NCBI GenBank assembly: GCA_025059595.1
Contig: JANXDI010000009.1
Span: forward strand, 1-31,226
Length of the DNA: 31,226 bases
Direction: 5' to 3'
Origin: Candidatus Calditenuaceae archaeon
GTDB lineage: Archaea > Thermoproteota > Nitrososphaeria_A > Caldarchaeales > Calditenuaceae
Shown: in pieces, positions 21,600 through 29,525 of the stretch
Numbering within the stretch: the first letter of the stretch is position 1
Layout of the letters: each line of letters starts with the position of its first letter
Made by a program: the position numbers and the translations under genes
Notes under the pieces: model-generated
Seen by the model: the letters and a program-made list of their open reading frames with translations, nothing else
The model's database searches: none
What the model was told of the DNA's origin: nothing

Positions 21600-22606
21600 T
21601 TTGGCGGCCACTTTGCGGGATGCTGCTCGTCTATCAGCCTGAGTGCCTCCTCTATTCTCGTTCTCTCCGGTTCGAGCCATGGGGGTAGAATTAGTCTGGT
21701 GCCGAGTGATTCCTGCGGCTCATCAACTGTGTATCCAGGTCCCTCCGTGGCAACTTCGAGGAGGTTTCCGAAGGGGTCTCTGAAGTAGAGGGACTTGAAC
21801 CAGAATCTGTCAATTATTCCTGAGTGCCTTACTCCGATAGAGTCTAGGACCCGCATAATTTTTTTCTGCTCCTCCTCGTCAGCGACCTTGACTGCGATGT
21901 GATGTATGTTGCCTACCCCCACGAAGCCCATCCGCGTCGACGGCTTGAGAAGATATCTGAGGAAATCGCTCTCATCGGTGCCGAAGCTTAAAATAGCGCT
22001 TGAGGGGTCGTGGGGGTTCTCTCTCCTCGAGACGAGTCTAAGGCCGAGTGTCTTGGAGAGGAAACGCTCTAGGAGGGCGGCGCCCGTCGCGAGTGGTGAG
22101 GCGTGGTCCATGAGCGTGAGCCGCATATCGCTCGATACGGCGTCAACCCGAGTCTCCTTTCGGAACATCTCGAGGACAGCTTGGGGCTCTTCATCGGCCT
22201 TAGTTGTGAGCTCAAGCAATACTCCGTCAGGGTCTCTCAGATATATCGAGACTCTGCCGTGGTGGAAGTGAGGTCCGCTGACGCTGACGCCGTTTCTCCT
22301 CAGCCACGAGGCCCATTTCCGAAGCGCATCCACACTTACAACGGAGTATGCGAGGTGGTGTGGTGAGCCGAGTCCCGGCCTACCCCTGACGAGGTGAGGC
22401 CACTCAAAGAAAGTGATGACGGAGCCGCTGGTGCCATTCTCGTCGCCGTAGAAGAGGTGCCTGTGATAGATGTCGTCTTGATTTACTGAGAGTTTGACGC
22501 GCCTGAGGCCGAGGACCTCCGTGTAGAAGAGCCTGTTGACGCGCTCGCTTGAGGTGACGAGTGTTACGTGGTGGAGGCCGTGGACGAAAGGCTCGTATCC
22601 GCTCAT
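21560..22606 (-). CDS. Two-domain VOC superfamily protein (ring-cleaving dioxygenase / glyoxalase-like).
   Basis: Two modules start GLHHVTLV... and IHHIAVKV..., each ending in a YFRDP/YLRDPDG-type strand. A Pro/Glu-rich C-terminal tail follows. Confidence 0.8.
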   Translation of the reverse strand: MSGYEPFVHGLHHVTLVTSSERVNRLFYTEVLGLRRVKLSVNQDDIYHRHLFYGDENGTSGSVITFFEWPHLVRGRPGLGSPHHLAYSVVSVDALRKWASWLRRNGVSVSGPHFHHGRVSIYLRDPDGVLLELTTKADEEPQAVLEMFRKETRVDAVSSDMRLTLMDHASPLATGAALLERFLSKTLGLRLVSRRENPHDPSSAILSFGTDESDFLRYLLKPSTRMGFVGVGNIHHIAVKVADEEEQKKIMRVLDSIGVRHSGIIDRFWFKSLYFRDPFGNLLEVATEGPGYTVDEPQESLGTRLILPPWLEPERTRIEEALRLIDEQHPAKWPPNYPPAPEEPERPE

Positions 22607-22715
22607 CTAAGGGCTCTTTGCCACCCAAGCTCTTAAAGGTGGTCTATCTACAGCAGAGCATGTAGCGGTGTCGGCCCCCTATGGAGGATGGACTAAGTTA
22701 ATTATAGGGAGAGGT

Positions 22716-22728
22716 TAAACTAAGTTTA
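22716..22728. promoter_or_regulatory. Inverted repeat TAAACT-A-AGTTTA upstream of the metal uptake operon.
   Basis: It has perfect 6-bp arms. It lies about 20 nt downstream of the TATA-like TTAATTATAG (22698-22707) and 40 nt upstream of the ATG at 22768. Confidence 0.4.
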
Positions 22729-22767
22729 GGTGCCCGTGAGTAGTTTCCATTCTATGGGGTGTGTTTA

Positions 22768-23703
22768 ATGTCTAGGGGAGCTTACGCAGTCACGTATATA
22801 GCGGCTTTTCTGATACTGCTTGCCCCAGTTCTTTACCCCTACCTCAACGTGAGCGCCCAGTTGGAGAGTGGTGAGCGGGTTGCTTTAGCAACGACCACAA
22901 TCATCTGGGACTTTGCCAGGAATGTCGCGGGACCGGGGTGGCGAGTCGAGTATCTGGTTGAGCCTGGAAAGGACCCGCACACCCTTGAGCCCACGCCGCG
23001 AGACCTCCAGAAGGCCGCGGATGCGGAGCTTATTCTCTACAACGGGTTCGGAGTGGACAGCTGGATTCTTAGACTGGTGGCTGCCTCCTCGAAGGCCAAG
23101 ATTGTCCGCGTCACGGAGGGGCTTGAAGGCCACGCCTTAATCGTCCCGGATGGGCCTTACGCAGGGAAGACCGACCCGCACATGTGGATGGATGCCAGCC
23201 TAGCCGTCAAGTACGTCGAGAGGATTAGAGACGCGTTTATCGAGCTGGACCCTTCCGGAGCAGCCGGGTATAAGGAAAGGGCTGAACGATACATCGAGAG
23301 GCTGATGGCGCTCGATGCTTGGATTAGGGAGGAGGTCTCAAAGATTGAGCCTTCGCGGAGGCTCCTCTTCACACAGGAGAACGCCCTCCAGTACTTCGCC
23401 CGAGCATACGGCTTCAGAGTCGTCGGATACTTCTACTCGATGGTTACAGAGCTTGAGCCCTCACCCCTGGACGTGGCTCGGGCTCAGAGGAGGGTTGAGG
23501 GGACTGGCCTCTGCGTCTTCTTCATAGAGTCGACCCTGAGCCCACGCGTCATGGAAGCTTTTGCATCTCGGCTTAATGGGAGAATCGCGGGGAGGCTCTA
23601 CACAGACTCGCTTGGACCAGCTGAGCTGGGTCTTGACAGCTACATCGGAATCATGAAATACAACGTAGAGACTATTGTTAGAGAGCTCTCGAGGTGGTGC
23701 TGA
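22768..23703 (+). CDS. Metal (Zn/Mn/Fe) ABC transporter substrate-binding protein, ZnuA/TroA cluster-9 type.
   Basis: It has an N-terminal hydrophobic signal/anchor, the DPHTLEPTP and DPHMWMD motifs, and the characteristic long linker helix. The ATG at 22768 is preceded by GGGGTG; an alternative GTG lies at 22759. Confidence 0.8.
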   Translation: MSRGAYAVTYIAAFLILLAPVLYPYLNVSAQLESGERVALATTTIIWDFARNVAGPGWRVEYLVEPGKDPHTLEPTPRDLQKAADAELILYNGFGVDSWILRLVAASSKAKIVRVTEGLEGHALIVPDGPYAGKTDPHMWMDASLAVKYVERIRDAFIELDPSGAAGYKERAERYIERLMALDAWIREEVSKIEPSRRLLFTQENALQYFARAYGFRVVGYFYSMVTELEPSPLDVARAQRRVEGTGLCVFFIESTLSPRVMEAFASRLNGRIAGRLYTDSLGPAELGLDSYIGIMKYNVETIVRELSRWC

Positions 23704-24455
23704 TGAACGCGGTGGAGCTAGACTCAGTTACTCTGAGATATGATGATGTAGTCGCGGTTAGCGACGTCTCTTTCAGCGTGGAGGTGGGGAGGATGGTTGC
23801 TCTGATTGGGCCGAACGGCGCAGGCAAGACGAGCCTCCTAAAGATGCTGGCGGGCCTCCTCAAGCCCACCTCAGGACGCATTTGGGTTCTTGGTAGAGAG
23901 CCGTGGAGGGCGCGTGGCTTGGTCGCCTATACGCCTCAGAGGGAGGAGGTTTACTGGGACTATCCCCTCACCGTGAGGGAGCTGGTTGCCATGGGGACTG
24001 TGAGGAGGAGGGGGCTTCTGAGGTGGCTTGATGCGCGTGATGGTAGAGTTGAGGCTGCTCTCAGGCTGGTCATGCTAGAGGACTTGTCCTCTAGGAGGAT
24101 TTCAGAGCTCTCGGGTGGCCAGCAGCAGAGGGCATTCCTCGCCAGGGCCATCTGCCAAGGTGGAGAGGTCTACCTCCTCGACGAGCCGATAGCGGGCCTC
24201 GACGCACCCTCAGAGGCCGTCATCCTCGAGATTCTGAAGAAACTCAGAGACCAGGGCAAGACAATCTTAATGGCGACACACGACATCAGCGCCACACTAG
24301 AGATTTTCGACTATGTCGCCCTGGTCAGGAATGGGCTGGTCGCCTTCGGGCCCCCCAGCGATGTCCTCACCTCGGAGAACCTCACCAAGACCTACGGCGG
24401 CGCGGCTGTCGCCCTCCACTTGGACGATATTGAGAGAGTGGCTGGCTGGAGATAG
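23703..24455 (+). CDS. Metal ABC transporter ATP-binding protein (ZnuC/TroB-like).
   Basis: The motifs are Walker A GPNGAGKTS, signature LSGGQQQR and Walker B VYLLDEP. The ATG overlaps the upstream stop (TGATG). Confidence 0.9.
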   Translation: MNAVELDSVTLRYDDVVAVSDVSFSVEVGRMVALIGPNGAGKTSLLKMLAGLLKPTSGRIWVLGREPWRARGLVAYTPQREEVYWDYPLTVRELVAMGTVRRRGLLRWLDARDGRVEAALRLVMLEDLSSRRISELSGGQQQRAFLARAICQGGEVYLLDEPIAGLDAPSEAVILEILKKLRDQGKTILMATHDISATLEIFDYVALVRNGLVAFGPPSDVLTSENLTKTYGGAAVALHLDDIERVAGWR

Positions 24456-24457
24456 AT

Positions 24458-25291
24458 ATGCTCGACATACTGGCTGAGCCGCTGAGCTACGAGTTCATGA
24501 GAATAGCTCTCGTCACGTCCATGACGGTGGCCGTGACATGCTCAATCCTCAGCAGCTTCGTCGTCCTTAGGGGATGGTCACTCCTCGGAGACGCTGTCTC
24601 GCACTCAATCCTACCTGGCATAGCAATAGCCCTAGCCCTCGAGATACCATACCTCGTCGGAGCCCTCCTCGCAGGAATCGGCTCTTCCGCTCTGATAGGC
24701 CTCGTCGAGTCGAGGGCGCGGATAAGGAACGACACGGCAATAGGGGTCGTGATGACGGGGGCCTTCGCCTTCGGCCTCATACTTCTCAGCTGGATGAGAC
24801 CTGCTATAGATGTCTTCCACGTATTGTTCGGCAACCCGATAGGCGTCTCGTTCACAGACATGACACTCTCAGCGATTATAGGTGGGGCGATCGTCCTGAT
24901 AGTCGCCCTCCTACTCAAGGAAATTGTTGCATACACATTCGACCCGGTCTTCAGCAAAGTAATCGGGATACCGACGGCGGCGCTGCACTACCTCTTAATG
25001 ATTCTGCTCTCCCTCGCAATAGTAAGCGCACTCAACACCGTTGGAATCATACTCGTGATAACGCTCCTTGTAACACCCGGCGCCACGGCACAGGTCCTCT
25101 CCCGAAACATGACCCAGATGCTCACAATATCTATGCTCGTGGGCGTCTCCTCGGCTGTAGTCGGCCTCTACCTCTCCTACTACCTATCCATCAGCTCTGG
25201 GGGAGCGATTGCAGGTGTCGCGACGGTCATCTTCTTCACAGCCCTAGGGTTGAAGACGGTTAGAAGGTGGCTTAAGGAGAGCGAAGATTAA
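24458..25291 (+). CDS. Metal ABC transporter permease (ZnuB/TroC-like).
   Basis: It has 8-9 TM helices. It includes the stretch LGDAVSHSILPGIA. The start is 2 nt after the upstream stop. Confidence 0.9.
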   Translation: MLDILAEPLSYEFMRIALVTSMTVAVTCSILSSFVVLRGWSLLGDAVSHSILPGIAIALALEIPYLVGALLAGIGSSALIGLVESRARIRNDTAIGVVMTGAFAFGLILLSWMRPAIDVFHVLFGNPIGVSFTDMTLSAIIGGAIVLIVALLLKEIVAYTFDPVFSKVIGIPTAALHYLLMILLSLAIVSALNTVGIILVITLLVTPGATAQVLSRNMTQMLTISMLVGVSSAVVGLYLSYYLSISSGGAIAGVATVIFFTALGLKTVRRWLKESED

Positions 25292-25331
25292 TGTCTGACA
25301 CGGACATCATTTGTATCTGTTGGGGGGAGGC

Positions 25332-25784
25332 ATGGAGGAGCTTGACGAAAAGGACCTTGCGATTTTGAGGCTTCTTCAAAGAGACGCGCGCACACCAGCC
25401 TCGGTTATCGCCCAGAGGATTGGAGTCCCAGAGAACACCGTGAGGTTCAGGATGAGGCGGCTCGTAGAGAGGGGAGTGATTAGGGGCTTCGTCGCCTTGG
25501 TCGACCCGCGGAAGGTGGGGCTCAGCGTCTCAGCGGCCTTCATGATTAAGCTAGACCCTGAGCGGAGGGAGGAGGCTATAAATGAGCTCAGGGGGTGGGA
25601 GGAGATAGTCAACATCTACCAGTTCAGCGGTGAATACGACCTTATTGCCGTGGCCTTCGTGAAGGGTCTGGCTGAGCTTCAGAGCCTGATTGATAAGGTA
25701 AAGGGCGTCAAAGGTGTGAGGGAGACGAACGTGCTAGTTACCACGCGCGTGATAAAGGCCCAGAGCGTCTTCAGCCTTCAATAG
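25332..25784 (+). CDS. Lrp/AsnC family transcriptional regulator.
   Basis: LDEKDLAILRLLQRDARTPASVIAQRIGVPENTVRFRMRRLVERGVI is the HTH, followed by a RAM/ACT-like C-terminal domain. The ATG is preceded by GGGGGGAGG. Confidence 0.85.
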   Translation: MEELDEKDLAILRLLQRDARTPASVIAQRIGVPENTVRFRMRRLVERGVIRGFVALVDPRKVGLSVSAAFMIKLDPERREEAINELRGWEEIVNIYQFSGEYDLIAVAFVKGLAELQSLIDKVKGVKGVRETNVLVTTRVIKAQSVFSLQ

Positions 25785-25798
25785 ATAGGCCACCGCTT

Positions 25799-26719
25799 TT
25801 AGACTCCTGAGATGGACGGCGCAACATCTCTAATGAGACGCCTCATATTATCGACATATTTTTCCGCAGGGGCATCACCGAGATAGAGGACTAAATGGCT
25901 TGCGCCATTCTTAACGTATTCTGAGAGCTGCTCGGCGACCTTCTCTACTTCCCCTCCGAGGATGAACCTCCTGTCTCCGAGGGCCGAGACATATTCTTTA
26001 GGCCCCTTACCGCCAAGCTCCACCGAGAGCCTCGCAGAGAAGACGAATCCCGGCTTAGCCCTCTCCGACGCGCCCCTAACCATCTCTCCGAAGTCCTCGG
26101 GATGCATACCGGTGACATGCCACCCCTCGGCAAGCCTCAGGGCCCTCTCCAAAGCGACTCCGCTGTTGCCTCCGAGCCAGATTGGTGGTCCTCCTCGCTG
26201 AGGGGGTAGAGGCTCGAAGACAGCGTCCTCGACCCTGTAGAAATTTCCCTTGAAGACTGGCCTCTCACTGCTCCAGAGCGTCCTCATCAGTTTTATTGCC
26301 TCCTCCTCATTCCTACCTCTTCTCCTGAAGTCGGCGCCGAGATTTCTGAACTCCTGAAGGTTCCAGCCCACACCCAGCCCCACTATCAGCCTCCCACCGG
26401 TCAGGGAGTCTATAGTTGATAGCTGCTTCGCCGTGAGGACGGCGTTTCTCATGGGTATGACGATGATGGAAGTTCCTATCTTTATCCGCTCCGTGACCGC
26501 GCCTATCGCCGCGAGTGTCGCTACGCTCTCGTAGATGCGGCCGTAGGGATAATAATTGGATGTGTCGATAACCACGTGGTCCGTGGTCCATATCGAGTCG
26601 TATCCAAGCTCCTCCGCGGCCCTCGCGACGAGATAAACCGAGTCTGGCGAGAGGTTGCGGCCGAAGTGCGGAACTGCTATACCGAGAAGTGGACGCGCCA
26701 CGTATCTAATTTCCCCCAC
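25799..26719 (-). CDS. Luciferase-like monooxygenase (LLM) class flavin/F420-dependent oxidoreductase.
   Basis: The pattern fits a TIM barrel: LGYDSIWTTDHV..., GRLIVGLGVGWNLQEFRNLGADFRRRGRNEEEAIKLMRTLW and PPIWLGG. Confidence 0.8.
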   Translation of the reverse strand: MGEIRYVARPLLGIAVPHFGRNLSPDSVYLVARAAEELGYDSIWTTDHVVIDTSNYYPYGRIYESVATLAAIGAVTERIKIGTSIIVIPMRNAVLTAKQLSTIDSLTGGRLIVGLGVGWNLQEFRNLGADFRRRGRNEEEAIKLMRTLWSSERPVFKGNFYRVEDAVFEPLPPQRGGPPIWLGGNSGVALERALRLAEGWHVTGMHPEDFGEMVRGASERAKPGFVFSARLSVELGGKGPKEYVSALGDRRFILGGEVEKVAEQLSEYVKNGASHLVLYLGDAPAEKYVDNMRRLIRDVAPSISGV

Positions 26720-26767
26720 TCAAGTATTTACACTTTAAAACGTGGAATGGTCCTTTACCGCCAGCCA

Positions 26768-28570
26768 CTACATGGCCCAGATGGGGTTAGCTTTCCGTTT
26801 AATCTCCACTATCTCCTTGAGCGCGACCTTAGCATCATCACTAAGCCTGTCTTGGAATGTACTGAGCAGTAGCCTAGCATCACCCTCTGGCACCGCGACA
26901 TAAAGTATCTCACCCTCCTTGATGTGTCTCCCGACAATCGGCTCCCTCATCGAGACCGCTACCCTCTCACCCGCGGATGCGGCTGCAACAGGCCTGCCCA
27001 TGTTCTGGAGCTGCGTAACAACACCGACAACCCTGCCTGAGGAGTTCATCAAGCTGACATGCGGAGTAAGTTCTCCGGATAGGACCTCGACTCCGAAGAT
27101 TGCGGGGTTGCTCCGCCGAAAGACGAAGCCCTCAAGGACCTTGATTTTCGCCGGCTTAATCAGTCTCTCGAAGCTCGCCCGGGCCCGCTCCTCCTTCGTC
27201 CCCTCCACCCACTGGAGATAGTCGTCGACGAGCCTGAATAGTACTTCTCCCCTGAATATCCTGACTCCGCGGCTAGCGGCCTCGGCTTCAAGCTCCTTAG
27301 GTATGTCGACGTTGAATGCCAGAATCACTCCGAGGAACTCTTCCCTCAGCTTTACCGCGGAGGACTCCATCACATCTCTCTTCGAGATGTCGCCTATGTC
27401 CGCGGCCCTAATCGGTATGCCCTTTTCCCTCAGATAGTTCACCATTGCCTCAAGCGTTCCCAAGGTATCCGCCTTCACTATGACGCCCAACTTGTCAGTC
27501 CTCAACACGAACTCCTCGACCTCACTCCGCAACTTCTCGAAAATCTCGTCGAGATTCTCGTCGCTTTCCACGACGTAGAGGGGCGAGCCTGGAACAACCT
27601 TGTCAAGACCCTCGCCCGCAATCTTCACGCCCGCCGATGCCTTCACCTCTTCCACGAGCCTGAACCGGTCCCTCGGGTCCCTCATCTCGTCCAAGGGCTT
27701 CGGCATGAGGAGCGCCCTAACCTTGACGACCGTCGGCCCCTCCCTGCTCAGGACGGCGATTCTGTCCTCGACCCGGAGCACGCCGTTGTTTATCACCGCG
27801 TTCACAGTCGCTCCGAGCCCAACCTCTTCCACAACCTCAAGGACCGCACCCTCAGCTCCGTCCTCCCTCGCCTCAAGCTGCTTGGACATGTATGCCTGAG
27901 CAAGGCCTAGAATGACTAGGAGAAGGTCCGCCACACCCTCACCAGTCTTCGCGCTTACCGGAACTATAGCCACGGTCCGGGCGAAGTTGCTTATCCGCAT
28001 GTAGAGATCTGACTGGAAGCCGAGGTTTGAGAGTTGCCCCACGACAGTGTAAAGCCGCGTCTCTAGAGTCTCTCGTACTTGAGGTGCCTGGCCATTTAGG
28101 GAGTCTTTGAGAGGTGCGCCGGGGACTGGCCTCCATCCAGTTATCATGTCTATCTTATTGAGGGCGACCACGAACGGGGTCTTCCGAGCCCTTAGAAGCT
28201 GGATGCTTTCAACGGTCTGCTCCTGAATACCCTGCATCACGTCAACCACTAGCACGGCCATGTCGGCGATGGAGCCACCCCTCTTCCTCAGGTTAGCGAA
28301 GACCTGATGCCCCGGAGTGTCGATGAATAATAGGCCGGGAATTTTGAGCTGGACCCTAACCTCTCCTAGGAGCCTCCGGCAGGTCTCCAAAACCGCATCC
28401 AGCGGAAAATGACTGGCACCGATGTGCTGCGTTATTCCGCCCGCCTCCCTCCGCGCCACCACAGTCCCCCTCATCTTGTCAAGGAGGGAGGTCTTGCCGT
28501 GGTCCACATGCCCCAAGACAACGACGATGGGCTCCCTAATCCAGCTCAACCCCCCGGGTCCCACCCCCAT
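26768..28570 (-). CDS. infB: Translation initiation factor aIF5B (IF-2 homologue).
   Basis: The GTPase motifs are GHVDHGKTSLLD, DTPGH and NKID. Domains II-IV follow, giving 600 aa. No intein-sized insertion is present. Confidence 0.92.
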   Translation of the reverse strand: MGVGPGGLSWIREPIVVVLGHVDHGKTSLLDKMRGTVVARREAGGITQHIGASHFPLDAVLETCRRLLGEVRVQLKIPGLLFIDTPGHQVFANLRKRGGSIADMAVLVVDVMQGIQEQTVESIQLLRARKTPFVVALNKIDMITGWRPVPGAPLKDSLNGQAPQVRETLETRLYTVVGQLSNLGFQSDLYMRISNFARTVAIVPVSAKTGEGVADLLLVILGLAQAYMSKQLEAREDGAEGAVLEVVEEVGLGATVNAVINNGVLRVEDRIAVLSREGPTVVKVRALLMPKPLDEMRDPRDRFRLVEEVKASAGVKIAGEGLDKVVPGSPLYVVESDENLDEIFEKLRSEVEEFVLRTDKLGVIVKADTLGTLEAMVNYLREKGIPIRAADIGDISKRDVMESSAVKLREEFLGVILAFNVDIPKELEAEAASRGVRIFRGEVLFRLVDDYLQWVEGTKEERARASFERLIKPAKIKVLEGFVFRRSNPAIFGVEVLSGELTPHVSLMNSSGRVVGVVTQLQNMGRPVAAASAGERVAVSMREPIVGRHIKEGEILYVAVPEGDARLLLSTFQDRLSDDAKVALKEIVEIKRKANPIWAM

Positions 28571-28656
28571 TAAACCCCTCCCCTAATCCACGTAATTAAC
28601 GATGGCCTTCACCGGGGGAGTGATTTTATTGCCGGCGGCTGCGGTTGTTATGCGGG

Positions 28657-29442
28657 ATGGCTCGGGTATCGGATAGGCTTGTTGAGGAGAAGGTTAGGGG
28701 AGATGAGCTCCTCTCCGCTCTATACATGGAGCTGGAGAACGACGAGGAGCTTCAAACGGCCCTCAGGCTTTGCAACGACATGGTTGTCAAGCGGCTCTAC
28801 TACAACGACCACGGCCCCACCCACGCCCGAATAGTCGCAGGCTCAGCTCTCGAGATACTCGATATACTGGCTAGGCGCGGCCTTAAACCAGTAACGGTTC
28901 AGCAAGGACTAAACCAGCGCGACGCCGCGGTCGTCGTGCTTCTGAGCGCCTATCTCCACGACATCGGAAACATGATTCACAGGGAGATGCACCACTTAAC
29001 AGGGGTCTACTTGGCCTCAGGCATACTTTCGAGGATTCTGCCGAAACACTATCCAGACCTGAGAACCCAGATGAGGATGAGGCAGGAGATACTGCACTCC
29101 ATTCTGGCTCACGACGACAGCGTGCAGGCTCTGAGCCTCGAGTCCGGAGTCATCAAGCTCGCCGACGGCACAGACATGGCAGAAGGCAGAGCGAGATACC
29201 CCTACACGTATGGTAAATCAGATATTCACGCCTTCTCCGCGCTGGCGATAAAGTCGGTCGAGCTGAAGGAGGGTGATGAGGTCCCGCTGGTGGTCGAGGT
29301 GGACATGGTTAATGAGGCTGGGGTCTTTCAGGTGGAGGAGGTTTACGGCAAAAAGATAGAGACATCGGGTCTTGAGAGGTTTGTGACTGTCAGGCTGCTA
29401 CTCAAGGGAAAATACCTTAAGAGCTACAGCATATCGAGCTGA
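28657..29442 (+). CDS. HD-domain metal-dependent phosphohydrolase.
   Basis: HGPTHARIV...LLSAYLHDIGN...H...D supplies the H...HD...D residues. The ATG at 28657 is preferred over the TTG at 28645. Confidence 0.75.
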   Translation: MARVSDRLVEEKVRGDELLSALYMELENDEELQTALRLCNDMVVKRLYYNDHGPTHARIVAGSALEILDILARRGLKPVTVQQGLNQRDAAVVVLLSAYLHDIGNMIHREMHHLTGVYLASGILSRILPKHYPDLRTQMRMRQEILHSILAHDDSVQALSLESGVIKLADGTDMAEGRARYPYTYGKSDIHAFSALAIKSVELKEGDEVPLVVEVDMVNEAGVFQVEEVYGKKIETSGLERFVTVRLLLKGKYLKSYSISS

Positions 29443-29495
29443 GTTGCGGCCGTTTACTAAGATGTATGTAAAAACATTAGTTTAATTCAGAATCC

Positions 29496-29503
29496 TTATA
29501 TAT
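29496..29503 (+). promoter_or_regulatory. TATA box of the family-5 binding protein gene.
   Basis: The sequence is TTATATAT, centred about 26 nt upstream of the ATG at 29526. The in-frame ATG at 29502 lies inside the box. Confidence 0.35.
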
Positions 29504-29525
29504 GAGAATAGTGACTCTCAATCCG

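Noticed and set aside
24574-25263. A 229-aa Arg/Pro-rich plus-strand ORF.
   Set aside because: It is an alternate frame inside the metal ABC permease gene (24458-25291), which has an unmistakable multi-TM translation. Long shadow frames are expected at ~60% G+C.
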